Shown one piece after another: positions 48,030-60,173 of a stretch of 63,009 nucleotides of DNA. The notes beneath the pieces are model-generated. The model had not been told where the DNA came from and ran no database searches. It worked only from the letters and a program-made list of their open reading frames with translations. Source of the stretch: Nemertoderma westbladi (Eukaryota; Animalia; Xenacoelomorpha); contig JAUCBJ010003826.1 of NCBI GenBank assembly GCA_032718475.1, forward strand, positions 1-63,009, read 5' to 3'. Within the stretch, counting starts at the first letter, position 1; each line of letters begins with the position of its first letter. Made by a program: the position numbers and the translations under genes.

Positions 48030-49105
48030 CTGAAGCTCTATGAGCATCTGGAAGGCAGAAAGCTGGCTTTAGCTATGGAGAAATATACTACCCTACTCAC
48101 ACGCCATTGGAATTGTTGCATGGATCACCTTCACCATTAGATTGAACGATGTATTGATAAACCCTTTGGTGATGTGAAGTATTTATGGACATGAATGGAG
48201 GCTCAAGACCAGGGATCCCCTGTAGCAAATATGCTACATATCCATGGTGGAATAACCCTCCACCCCGAGTCTATAGAGGAAACCACAGGGAAAATATGCT
48301 GCGAATCCATTGACTTGCTATCTCCTATGTTTGGGACAGATCGTCCTGAATTGGTTCAACAAGGAATCATTGAGGATGATCAATGGTCTGAGCTACATTG
48401 AGGATGATCAATGGTCTGAGCTATGCTGCCTTGGGCATCTGCAAAATCACAACTGTGACCATGCTGGCAGTTAGTGTCATAAGCGTATTGTTGAGGCTGG
48501 AAATACGTTTTGCCGAATGCCTCGTCACCTAGCAAGTTTGTACAGATATGTATACATTGTATAGTGATGAGGCCCTTGATGATTTTGAATCTATAAACCT
48601 TCTTCAAAGAAATGACGATGGAACTCATAGATTAGATGATCAGGGTAATCGATTGGCACATAGTAATCTTATTGGTGGTCATCATACTTATCCCGCTGGT
48701 GGTCATGAGTTTGCTGTGCCGACAATACCTAGGTATTGGGTTGCTTTGAGATCATCCACCAATGTACAGGCATGTGATACAAGGTTCTGTACCTCGTACT
48801 GTGCCAAGTACTTGGGGGGTTCTGAAGAAAGGAGAGCAGTTAAAATCGATGGCAAAAAGAATATCTCCTCAGTAAAGGTCACCCATACTGAGCAAGAGGG
48901 TATAAAGATTTCAGGTGTTAATTACCTGAAGAAACAGGATGATAAGAAAGATTCCAATAAGAGGCATCAAATCTCGGGAGATAGGTTATCCAGACATTAT
49001 TCATAATCTCCTTGGTTTACCATACATCAGATCAAATGTGGACTTTGTCCATGTTACTATTCTGACTCCTGAGTACCGCCATGGCATTGTGAAACAACAA
49101 AGCAG
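48030..49105 (+). pseudogene. Helitron-type HUH Rep domain remnant
   Basis: PFGDVKYLWT*MEAQDQGSP...HIH (motif 2), TNVQAC..SYCAKYL (YxxKY, motif 3), SREI..LLGLP. Has stops, frameshifts and a 28-bp internal duplication at ~48368-48423. Confidence 0.7.
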
Positions 49106-49344
49106 GTATGTCAATATGGGTGTCCATAACTGAATAAGCAAGTTGACTACTGTATGTACCAATCAGTATCATTTAGAACAATTAGTAACATTTAGAAAGT
49201 AACATAAAAATATTATTTGTAATCTTTTGTAAACGAATAATGTTAATTGTTTTTATATTCCCAAGGTTTTGAACCAACTGACAACTACTGTAGTGGTACA
49301 TTAATTAAATTAGATTAATTAAATTAATTAATCTATATATAGTT

Positions 49345-49559
49345 ACATATATACAATAATTAATGTATTGCATTAATCTTGTTAATAAATTAACTTTGTC
49401 ATTGTTAAATGAAAGCTATGATTATACTGTATATAATTGCAGCAAATCATGACATATATACAATAATTAATGTATTGCATTAATCTTGTTAATAAATTAA
49501 CTTTGTCATTGTTAAATGAAAGCTATGATTATACTGTATATAATTGCAGCAAATCATGA
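49345..49559. repeat. ~107-bp tandem duplication
   Basis: Two near-identical copies of acatatatacaataatt...gcagcaaatcatga. Confidence 0.9.
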
Positions 49560-50534
49560 TACACACAATTAGTCTTCCCTCCCCCATTGTCAATGGGTTA
49601 GCACATTAAGTAGCAATGGAGAAATAATAAGAACAGTCAATCTATTTCCTTGTAAACCTTCCTTGAACTCTAAACATTATAACACATTATTGGATGCGTA
49701 ACATATGAAGTGAAGTATATATAGTAGCATATAACAACGAGCGACCTAAAATGATATGTTACTAAGTATTGACTTCAGTGATATAATTAAATAATTTGCT
49801 TCATACCCTTTAGTGCAGAGATTTTTTTATGCTTTTTATAAATAGGTATCACTAGTGTATAGTATTGCCAAATTAATGAATCTTACATCAACACAGGGCA
49901 TGTGACACGATCATGACATAATCGTTCATAACCTTTTAGTGATGTTACCTTTGTTTCTAGGTCAGGTCAGGTATTCTAGGTCATTGATCAAGAAAACTTG
50001 CCACCTCCATGCAGCATAAAGGAGATGCCACCTGTAGCTGCATAGACCCTCTTACTAAGGCAAATCTGGTCCTGTAACTAGGACCCCCTTCGTTCTGGGA
50101 TAAGGACACCCTTGGTCCTGGATTAAGGACCCATATACTTGGCTGCAGCGGTATATGGCCTGGCCAGGCAGATGGTGATCTACCAATGGCTGGTCAGGAG
50201 TAGAGTGTTCTCATGTCCACTCTGAGTGCACTTCACTGCGACATGTACCTGGCAGCAGGGGTACAGGGCATAACCCAGCAGATGAGCTGCACAGCCAATG
50301 GTGGGTCATGTGCACCAGAGTAGATATGGGTGATGGGCCTCACCCTCATATCTGACTCCACTGCGACACCCACCCTGTGGAATGGCAAACCAGGGTGTGG
50401 TATTTGCCCCAAGAGCTGACTCGGCAAAAAAGCACCCCCCAACCCCCACTATGGATTATATTAGTAATGCGGAGGTCCAGCCACTAGAGGCCAGTGGAAT
50501 GACTGGACACAATCAGCCTCACAGGCGGAATACA

Positions 50535-51020
50535 ATCGGAATAAATTTATGGAAGAAATAAAATCTACAAACTCATGGACTTACACCAATCCTACAATCC
50601 CAACCACTGAAAAATTTGATGTTTTTTATTCAGATTTAAACCTCATCTGCTCTAGTTATGTAACCCAGAAATCCATTCCTCCCCGAAAAATTCCTATTAA
50701 ACCATGGATGACCGTGAACTTATTAAAATGAACTAAAGTTAAAAATAATTATACCGAATTTACATAAATAATCCCAATGAGCGTAATAAACTAAAATTTA
50801 TTCAATACAAGAATAAATTAACCTCGATTTTACGTACAGCGCAAAAATCTTACTATTCAACTCAGTTTTAGGCCAATTCAAAAAACCCCCGAAAGACATG
50901 GCTCATAATTAACACAGCGCTACATAGATCAAATAAACTCAAAACACCAAGGAAATTAGTTCCACGCATAGGAGATAACATTGTAACTATTACAGATCCA
51001 TCTCAAATAGCTTCTACTTT
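50535..51020 (+). pseudogene. L2/CR1-group LINE ORF2 linker fragment
   Basis: KPWMT..LLK.., YKNKLTSILRTAQKSYY, NSKNPRKTWLIIN, with stops. Confidence 0.7.
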
Positions 51021-51139
51021 AACTCTATTAGTACCGGGCTATAAAATGTAGTGTGTATTTGTAGTGTGTGTGTGTAGTGTAGTATGTATTGACACATTCA
51101 ACCCGTTTTTCTAAACTCACACCAAACGCAAACTAATAG

Positions 51140-51548
51140 TCTTTCTTTTTTATCTTGGAATATGGGTGGAATTGCTGAGAAATTTTTATTACCAAATGTA
51201 CTGGATTTATTTAGTAGAATGGATTTCGTATTTATTCAAGAGTTAAAAACGTCATACCCATTCTGTGTCCCTGGTTTTGTTGCCGTACGTAATATAGCTA
51301 CAGAAAAAGGTCACCGAGGTGGTGTTGCCGTACTTGTGAAGAACAGTCTATGGCCACTTTTATACTGCATCGATAAATCGCATGAACAAATATGGTTTCG
51401 CTTAAAAAATATTCTAGATATAATTTTCGGTACGGCGTACTTACCCCCTTCTGACTCACGCTATTTCGATCCCACAATTATAGCAGACATTCAAAGTAAA
51501 GCTCTGGGCATGGCAAGACATGAAAATATTGTATTGATGGGTGATACG
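51140..51548 (+). pseudogene. LINE APE endonuclease fragment
   Basis: SWNMGG, FVFIQELK, GGVAVLVK, AYLPPSDS, VLMGD. Confidence 0.75.
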
Positions 51549-52500
51549 ATAATTGCCTTCAACTCAACGATAGAAACACCAGCTGCTGTTACTCATGTGG
51601 GCCTAGTAAGCTGGCACCAACTTATTTGTTTTCATTTCTTGTGGGACTCTTGTTGTTCGGTACATGTCTACTATGATGGGATAGATGAGCTTTAAACACT
51701 CAGGTATTTTAAAGACCTCAGGGGGAACACCATCTACTCCACTGGCACGATTGGTCTTAATGCTCTTTGCAGCAGCCTTCACTTCTGCAAAGGAGATATC
51801 GCCAATGGGAATATCTGGGAGTACAGACTCAGACACTTTTACTTCTATAAAGTTATCAGGCAATACCCTGTCATTATTGAGGAGCTTTTCAAAGTGGGCT
51901 TTCCAACCATTGAGGCGATCGGCTGGTGATTCAGCCTTAACCTTGGTGGTTGGTTGGCTTTTCCACCCAGTAAGCAGATTGATCGATTTCCATGCCTGGA
52001 TGATTGCCTGCTGTCGTCAGCATCATTGATGGCATCAACCTGTTGGTTTATTAGCTCCTGTAGATTAGCAGAGTACTGCCTGTTCAGGGACCTAGATGCA
52101 GCCTTAACTGCATTCTTGGCCGCTGTAGTCTGTTTGAGTCGGGACTCTTTCTGCACCTTATGAAGGTCATTTTGGCACTTCTGAATTTTGTTGTCAGTCC
52201 AGGGGGCCCTTTTCCTGTTTCCAGGGTTTACAGGAACTGTTTCTGCAGCTGCTAACTTAACTGCTTCTGTAAAGGCAGTATAGCCCTCACAGTGATATGC
52301 CGCCTCAGAGGCAAGAGCCTCATACCTGTTGTTCAGCTGTAGTGTGAAGCTGGATCTCACACTTGGCTGTTGCAACAGAGAGGACCAGTCATGCTGCGGC
52401 AAGGCAGATTTCGTTGTTCTGCTAGCACGCAGACTAAGTCTTACCTTGGCCACAATAAGGCGGTGATCACTGGAGAAGTGTCGAAGTGTAAATGCATTAC
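51549..52500 (-). pseudogene. RTE-clade LINE fragment (end of APE, linker, start of RT)
   Basis: SDHRLIVAKVRLSL, LNNRYEAL, PWTD, RASGVDGVPPEVFK, with a frameshift. Confidence 0.8.
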
Positions 52501-52721
52501 AGTCTCCTGTTTATCCTTGAGGCTACTTATCCTCGCCGATACCGTCTTGCTAAGTCCAGTCGTTGGTTCTTTGGGCGCAGGTATTATCAACTCCCGGTAT
52601 CGCTTTGCAGGTGGTCCCACTGAGTGTCCCTCCTATCCATATATATCATATATTATATATATGAAGACAAATGAAATAAATGCTACTGTTTGTATTTAAG
52701 AAAAGTGATGTTTTTATTCTA

Positions 52722-52764
52722 CAGATGATATTTCGGCTATATTGCATAGCCTTTATCAAATCTA
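52722..52764 (-). ncRNA. Variant Penelope hammerhead motif (copy 1)
   Basis: AGAU-UUGAUAA-A-GGCUAU gcaau AUAGCC-GAAA-UA-UC^-AUCU, followed by AAUAAA. The core deviates from CUGANGA. Confidence 0.6.
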
Positions 52765-52856
52765 TTTTTTATTATTCTTATTTGAATTTGTTTACATAGA
52801 ATATCGTAATTCTTAGTTTGTTGTTAAGGTAACCTAGACTTAATATAATAAAGTTT

Positions 52857-53505
52857 TTATTGTTGAATGTAGTCATGGAAGGAGTTCAAGCCCTTTAGAT
52901 TAGTGAGCACACTGAGCAGCATACCAATCCAAAATTGTTCTGATTTTCTTAGTTTCTTTATTGTTTCTACGTAGTTGTCCCTTCTTGGTAATTGATCGAT
53001 CAAAATAAATTTCAAGTTTTTGGAGGATTTGTTGTGTTTTTCGATGAAATGCACGCCGATATTGCATCTTTTCACACCTTTTTTTATATGAGATTTATAA
53101 TTTCCAAGCCTCTTCTTGAAATTGATTGTTGAGCCAACACCCTGTAAATTGCATTCTATGCAGATAGCTAAATATACTACATTTTCCGAGTAACAGTTTA
53201 GTCGTTTGTTTATTTTAACAGTCTTGCCTGTAGCTACACATTTGAAATGGTTGGTTTCAATTAAGTAATTTTCACAACAGTCACACTTTTTAGCGCTACA
53301 ATTGTAACAACCAGGATTATCAATGCATGATAATTGTTTGTATGGATTGGATGGTGCTAGAAGTTCTTTTAGGTTTGGGTTTCTTTTATATGCAACAATT
53401 ATTTCGTTTTGAGGTAGTATTTTCCTTGCCATTTTGTTTGACTCTAATATACCATAATGTTTACTGATAAGTCTTTTAAAGTTTGGAGCCATTGGGTTAT
53501 ACGTT
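52857..53505 (-). CDS. Penelope-like C-terminal region: Cys linker and GIY-YIG endonuclease
   Basis: VAYKRNPNLKELL, CYNC..CDCC, LNCYSENVVYLAICIECNLQGVGST..FKKRLGNYKS..VHF..EQFWI..L..GLN. Confidence 0.9.
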
Positions 53506-53997
53506 TTTTATTTATTTTATTATTAACACCTCATATATTATAAAATTATTAATAGAGGGAGAAAATCACCAAGGTTAAAAATTAACACTAATAGGTGAAA
53601 GACAACACTAAATATCTACAACTTAATATTAATCCATGCAGCCATGTACAATACCGACAACTAACAATATTGCATGAATAGTCTCAGTCTAAAAAAATAT
53701 ACAGTAAAACATTAGTGTGACATAAAAACATACATTAAGAAATGAATTTGACATAATAAAATTAGCCTACAGTAAGAAAATTTGATTTCCAACGTCTATG
53801 TAGTCCAGTAAAATATATCTAGTAAGACAACATACATTAAAATAAAATCGACTTGGCAGTCTAGTAAAACTTGTCCAGTCTAAAAAATAAAATACATATA
53901 TACAGTATAAAAATAAAGGGTAATTCAATAGCATTGTCTAAAAATATTGATATTAAATTAAATTAAATTAAAATTAAATTAAAATTGAAGTATTAAA

Positions 53998-56808
53998 TTA
54001 TAACAATCGATTAAATTTACAATAGGTTAGTAGATTTGCCTCCTTCAATCTAGACGTACAAATATCTTTGTTGGATGAGTTCACTATGTCATCCGATAAA
54101 TTATTCCAAATAGAAACAACTCGGTTACTAAAACGAAATTTACTAATTTGGAGTCTAGCGCGATATTGAAACAGTTTATAATTATGACCTCTTGTGTTAA
54201 GTGTACTCGCACCAGTGAAAAAGGAATCAAAATCCAAATCAACACAATTGTGAATAATGGAGTATGTCATTTTTAAATCGAAAATTAACCTACGGACTTC
54301 TAGAGGTTGTAAGTCCAAAAACTGCAAACGCTCCATGTAGGTTATATTACCTAGTCGACATCGAGCAAATAACCTACGCGTGAAATAACGCTGGACTCTT
54401 TCGATCAGATCAATGGAGCCCAGTTGGAAAGGGGACCATACGGGAGTACAATATTCTACCAGCGGCCGAACGTACGCTTTATATGCCGTTAATAAAGCTT
54501 TTACATTACTGGTATGGAAGCACCTAAAAATTAAATTTGCGATCTTAATACCTTTAGCAGCTTGAACTTTACAATGTCGATCGAATTTTAAATTATCGCT
54601 AAAAGATACGCCTAAATCTCTACATTCTGTATCAGGCTTAAGTATCATACCGTTAAGAAAATATTGTTTCGGGACATCTATTTGTTTACCACCAAAATGA
54701 ACTACAGTGCACTTGTGAGCCGCTATAGTAAGTTGCCATTCGGCTGTCCACTTCTCCAGACTACGAAGTGCTGCGTGAAGCAAATCGCTATCAGATGAAC
54801 GCGCATGTATTTTTAAGTCATCTGCAAATAGATCACAGGAAACGTTTTATAGTTGTGCAGGAAGATCGTTTACATATAGCAGGAACAATAGCGGCCCCAG
54901 TACACTGCCTTGTACAGTACCAGATATAACCTTTACAAATTCCGAGGTACTATTACCAACAACTACACATTGTCTACGATCACTAAGGAACGCACCAATC
55001 CAAAGTAATAAGTTACCAGTAATTCCGTAACTAGCTAATTTGTTGATCAATTTATTGTGCACAACCGAATCGAATGCTTTGGCTAAGTCAATGTACACCA
55101 CATCAACTTTATGGCGAAAGTCTAATACCTTAAACCATTCGTTTGAACAGGTTAAAAGCTGGGTGCATGTGGATCGACGTTTCATGAAACCGTGTTGCGC
55201 CTTCGTTATAATTTTATTCGTTCGTAAGTAATCAGCTAGTTCGGATTTAACACAGAGTTCCATTAGCTTGCACGCTACACAGGTAAGTGAAACTGGGCGG
55301 TAATTGTATGGGTCAGTGGGGTTGCCCTTCTTAAATATCGGCACAATATTTGCAGTTAACCACACAGTAGGTAAAGCATGAGTGACAAACGAGACATTAA
55401 ATATAACAGACAACGGACTACATAAACAACGAGCTAACTTAGAATACATGAAGCTAGGTAAACCATCTGGAGTATTACTCACTTTCGCATCAAGTTTACG
55501 AATTATAGTATACACGTTTAAGGGAGACAAATTGATTGTTGATTTACTAATATTATTAGGCACTCTATGATTAAAAATAGGTAAAGTGTCATTATCTAAC
55601 GTAAAGTTTTCAGAAAAAACCTGAGATAAAATTTTGGACTTAGTACAATCATCGACAACAGTGTCCCCTTTAAATTTCAAGGGTGAAATACCAGATCGGT
55701 TGTGTCTCTTACTGTTTACAAATTGAAATATTGCATCCGGCTTTCCAGAACTAAGCACATGGTTTTCACGAATGCATTCAGCTCTAAACGCCGCTCTCGC
55801 AGTGGCTTTAGCACAACGTTTGTATTCAGACATTCCATTTATGGTGTGTCTGCGGCGCCATAATGCTTTTTTATTTTTCTGAAGTTTTCTCACATAGGCC
55901 GGTAACAGCTTAGTTCTGGAATTGACCTTGAACATTTTAAATGGTACAAATTTATCAATACCAGATTTTATTGCATTACTAAGAACAGACCAGTACTCAT
56001 TAACAGTATTACAATTACCAAACACATTTCGAAAATTATTACGGTCAATGAACTTTGAAAAATCTGCATAGTTAGCGTGTCTAAAATCATAATAACCTAA
56101 TTTAAGTTCAATTGACTCTGTCTGATTAGGTGACAAAATACTAAAACACACACTAGAGTGGTCGCTAGTGGAAAAGGGCGTTGTGACAAATACATCAGAG
56201 ATAAACAAATCATCTGAAGAAAAAACTAAATCTAATGTGTTGTCAAAGCGTGTGGGTTCATGTTGCAATTGAGTTAACCCATTTTCTAGAGAAAAATTAG
56301 CAAATAAATTATATAACTCGGTATCAGGATGATCATAATTTTTCCAATTCAACGACGGCAAGTTAAAATCGCCAAATATAGCTACGGGATGTTCAGTATC
56401 ACATAGCTCAGTCAGGCAGCGACATAAACTCTCGTCTTTAGCAGAAGACCATGATTCCGATGAAGTCTGGGGTCGGTATACACACACCAACCTAGACGGC
56501 GTTTGTCCCACAAGATCCAAGGCTACAACTTCAAGATGGGTAAAGTCATCTTTATCAAAAACAGACTTTATCTTAACGACTTCTATTCCCTTCCTTACCA
56601 AGATGGCAACCCCTCCTCCTGTAGTACCCGAGCGATCCTGTCGATAGACATTGTAGTTCTCGCCGCCATTTATCATTCGATCTGTGAAGGACTCCGTCAT
56701 CCACGTCTCTGTAATTCCAACTACGTCATATTTACCCTCCTTTAGAAATAAATGCAGTTCCGGCAATTTATTTCCCAAGGACTGCGCATTAAAGACGGTA
56801 CAGTCCAC
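53998..56808 (-). pseudogene. LINE ORF2 (APE endonuclease + reverse transcriptase) with one in-frame stop
   Basis: The two track ORFs (54847-56808, 53998-54783) are in the same frame: ..NDLPAQL*NVSCDLFADDLK.. All APE and RT motifs are present. Confidence 0.93.
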
Positions 56809-56837
56809 GAATGGGCGGACGCGACTTTCTCCCTGTC

Positions 56838-57887
56838 TCAGTTTCCCTGGTTCGGTACGGTGGTATCTCGAGGTGTGGGAGGGACAGAACGAGGTGAATC
56901 CGATCCTGTTCCCATTCCCGATGCTCCGTCAAACTGAGAAGCTGGGGTCGATGTGTCGGTGTGGTTAGGAATGGGGGCGGCGGGGGGCAGCGAATTTAAT
57001 CGAGCTGCGTTTTTAGGGCGGGATTGTCGACGGAGGAACGCCTGTTTGGACTGTAACTTAGTTAGATCATTGTCAATAAATATATGACTGGTGTTGGTTG
57101 ACTTATTCAGTTTTACTTTTTCTTTAAGAACGCGAGACTTGCAGTCTATATTGGTAGCCTGAACAATCATCATTGACAATTTATTCTCGTATTGATGGCG
57201 CCGATATAGAACCTTTTCTACACAACCCTCGATGATCCCCAATTCCGCGCTGATGAATTGGTTGACCACCCTGACGTCCGTCTCCTTATCTTCCGGGAGG
57301 GTCAGCCCCCGAATGACAAAATTCTTCTCCCTTTTCTGTTGTTCCCGGAGTTCAATCCCAACGTCGTCAACCGTAATTAGGTTATCCTGAGGGACAGTTT
57401 TTTTCCCGGTTCTTCCCCTGGTAGCTGGAGGAACCTCCGACCACGGGATTGCCGAATCATCGATTCTAGCCGACAGCTCACTTCTGATGGTCGTTCCGAG
57501 GGAACATATATCATCTTTTAAGGTTGTCTGCATACGCGATAATAATTCCCCCATCGAAGTCGAGGATTCCGATTCAACCGAAAGCTTACCCTTTGATTCG
57601 CATCCCGAGCACACGATTTTACAGTATTTACATTTCGCCAAAACTTTTAATTCAGCGACAGATATATTAAGGCACTCTGCGTGGATCCAGGACCCACAGA
57701 TCTCGCACCCCAAACAGTTATTACCAACTACTGGTTTGCAGCAATGCGGACAGGTGTTGGTTTTGGAGCAACCCATATTATGATCTTCAAAAGCCTTTTT
57801 ATCGACAAACAAGGCCGAACAGGAGTCACAGTTGAAAAGTTTCGACATATCAATCGATCTTGATTTGCGACGATCCGCCATAACCAT
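56838..57887 (-). CDS. LINE ORF1 with a PHD finger, coiled coil and RRM-like C-terminal region
   Basis: CPHCC..CLGCEICGSWIHAECL..CSGC; REKNFVIRGL; IFIDNDLTKLQ. Confidence 0.9.
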   Translation of the reverse strand: MVMADRRKSRSIDMSKLFNCDSCSALFVDKKAFEDHNMGCSKTNTCPHCCKPVVGNNCLGCEICGSWIHAECLNISVAELKVLAKCKYCKIVCSGCESKGKLSVESESSTSMGELLSRMQTTLKDDICSLGTTIRSELSARIDDSAIPWSEVPPATRGRTGKKTVPQDNLITVDDVGIELREQQKREKNFVIRGLTLPEDKETDVRVVNQFISAELGIIEGCVEKVLYRRHQYENKLSMMIVQATNIDCKSRVLKEKVKLNKSTNTSHIFIDNDLTKLQSKQAFLRRQSRPKNAARLNSLPPAAPIPNHTDTSTPASQFDGASGMGTGSDSPRSVPPTPRDTTVPNQGN

Positions 57888-58188
57888 TATATATCAAATA
57901 CCAATACAATTTACAATTCAGTGTTAGGAGTTCGGATAAGTGCGTATGTCAGTATGTAGGCTGCTGGACTAGTAACTAAAGTAACGTTGTTACTAAAACT
58001 GTTGGATTTTTAATACTTTTGTTTTTTCCTTTATAATTTCTTGCTTCCGATCCTTGCATGTTCCTAACTTCTTCAAAGACTGTATTTACATGATCTGCAT
58101 TATGTCCACACTTAATTAGGTGGTTCTTGTACACGTTACCTTGAGTCACGTAGTCTTTATCTTTTGTGTTAATTCTTTTCAACCTTAA

Positions 58189-58790
58189 CCCTATTAAACC
58201 CGGGGGGGGGGGGGGGGGTCAATATGACCCCCTTCCCCGTGGTTTTTTTATTATAATTATGAAACAAACGCAGTTGGGAATCTGAAATTTTATGACTTTT
58301 CCTAAAAATCTATTGTCTTCCTAGTAGTGAAAACCGTTTTCAAAAATATTGGATACTTTTCGAGTTATAGCACCATTTTTTAACCCTACTTTTGGCACTT
58401 TTTTTGAGACGTTTTTTGAAAATTACATATCATTAAATATGAATTGTAACATCTCTATTTTTGATTTACACCGGTTTTTTGGTGTTAGAAAATGGATGGA
58501 ATTCATATAAATTGAGTAAGAAATTTCAAACTTGTTGTTTTCGGTGGGTGCCAAATTTTGGTGCCAGCACCAAATTTTGAAATAAGTCAATTTTGTAAAT
58601 TGATTGTTTGAAACTTGTTTTTTACGCAATTGGGGTTTTTTGGGGTTCTGGATTGGATGAAATATATACGAGTTGCACCAAGCGTATCAAACTTGTATTT
58701 TTCGGTGCTGTGTGCAAATTCTGGTGCTAGCACGAAATTTTGAAAATCCATTCAATAGATAAAATTGCTTGTGACAATTTATTTCAAACC
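58189..58790. mobile_element. Probable piggyBac-type non-autonomous element end
   Basis: TTAA|CCCTATT...GGGGGTCAATATGACCCCC at the point where Penelope homology stops. The opposite end was not found. Confidence 0.5.
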
Positions 58791-59239
58791 AAGTGGTATA
58801 CTTCCACATCGTTGGTGATGTCTTAGGTACTCAATATGGTGTTTATATCGTGCGTACTTCTAATTTACAGGGTGTTGGCTCAACAATCAATTTCAAGAAG
58901 AGGCTTGGAAATTATAAATCTCATATAAAAAAAGGTGTGAAAAGTTGCAATATCGGCGTGCATTTCATCGAAAAAACACAACAAATCCTCCAAAAACTTG
59001 AAATTTATTTTGATCGATCAATTACCAGGAAGGGACAACTGCGTAGAAACAATAAAGAAACTAAGAAAATCAGAACGATTTTGGATTGGTATGCTGCTCA
59101 CTAATCTAAAGGGCTTGAACTCCTTCCATGACTACATTCAACAATAAAAACTTTATTATATTACGTCTAGGTTACCTTAACAACAAACTAAGAATTACGA
59201 TATTCTATGTAAACAAATTCAAATAAGAATAATAAAAAA

Positions 59240-59282
59240 TAGATTTGATAAAGGCTATGCAATATAGCCGAAATATCATCTG
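59240..59282 (+). ncRNA. Variant Penelope hammerhead motif (copy 2)
   Basis: Identical to 52722-52764 in inverted orientation. Confidence 0.6.
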
Positions 59283-59573
59283 TAGAATAAAAACATCACA
59301 ACTATTACGTGATGCTAAGAAAAACCTTAGTGACAGCCGCCCGAAACGAAACAGTAAGTTCAATATCAATTTAACAATTAATAATATGTAACAGTAAATC
59401 CGATTAGTAGTGCAATTACAATTACAATAATGAAATTTTTCGAAAGACCCTATTTTAAAACAATTATAAATTTGTTTAGGCAAAATCTACAAGGGATATG
59501 ATGTAATGATCATACCTTACATCCCCCCCCCCCCCCCCCCTGTGCCGCAAATTTTTTTATGGATGTCCTTTTA

Positions 59574-59889
59574 GGGTCAGAGTAAAACGCAGATCAGGAT
59601 CCGGATTCTATCATTTAACATTGTCCCTATGGAAGTTTTTAGGGTGAAATCTGCGGATCCGTGCACTGCTACATTTACGAAATCCGTAACTGAGTGTAAA
59701 ACGCGGATTGGCCTTTTTTCCGATCCGGAACGGAGTGTAAGGTGCGGATTCATATTTCCGATTGATACATTCCGATAGATCCGCGTTTTACACTCGCAAA
59801 TCCGGGTCCTGATCCGGATCCTGAATCCGGATCCGCGTTTTACACTCGCAAATCCGGGTCCGGATCCGGATCCGCGTTTTACGGCTACC
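59574..59889. mobile_element. MITE-like palindromic element
   Basis: Ends gtaaaacgcagatc / gatccgcgttttac, with internal GGATCC/CCGGAT repeats. Confidence 0.6.
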
Positions 59890-60173
59890 TGTCTTTTTAT
59901 GGATTGTTTCAAAAAATTAAACAAGATTTTGATATCCGTTTAAAGGACTGTAATCATGTAAGTTAGCTCAATAGTTTGGTTATGAAAATCAACGATTCAC
60001 TATTATTGTGAACAACTGGAACAGCTATACACCAAGTAAATTCTCGAGTAGAAAATGTTGCTGTTTCATCAGTCCTCCTATAATAGGCCTCCCCATAATC
60101 CCTGCTTGGTGCAGGACTTGAGTAGACATTGCTGACCCATTCAAGTTTAGTGCCTGTAGCCTCACATAGTTTA

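Larger units (their letters stand above)
53506..57983 (-). mobile_element. Full-length CR1-group LINE inserted in the Penelope ORF
   Basis: TSD ACGTT at 53501-53505 and 57984-57988, short 5' UTR, ORF1, ORF2, ~490-bp 3' UTR and an A-rich tail. Confidence 0.93.
52705..59299. mobile_element. Penelope-like element: minus-strand 3' body (52705-53505 and 57984-58185) plus an inverted 3' copy (58862-59299)
   Basis: GIY-YIG ORF; 52705-53150 is the near-identical reverse complement of 58862-59299; the frame ..PTVLVTT|YNPMAPNF.. is restored when the CR1 insertion is removed. Confidence 0.88.

Noticed and set aside
54847-54849. Programmed readthrough in LINE ORF2
   Set aside because: The related element has an open frame here, so a simple nonsense mutation is more parsimonious.
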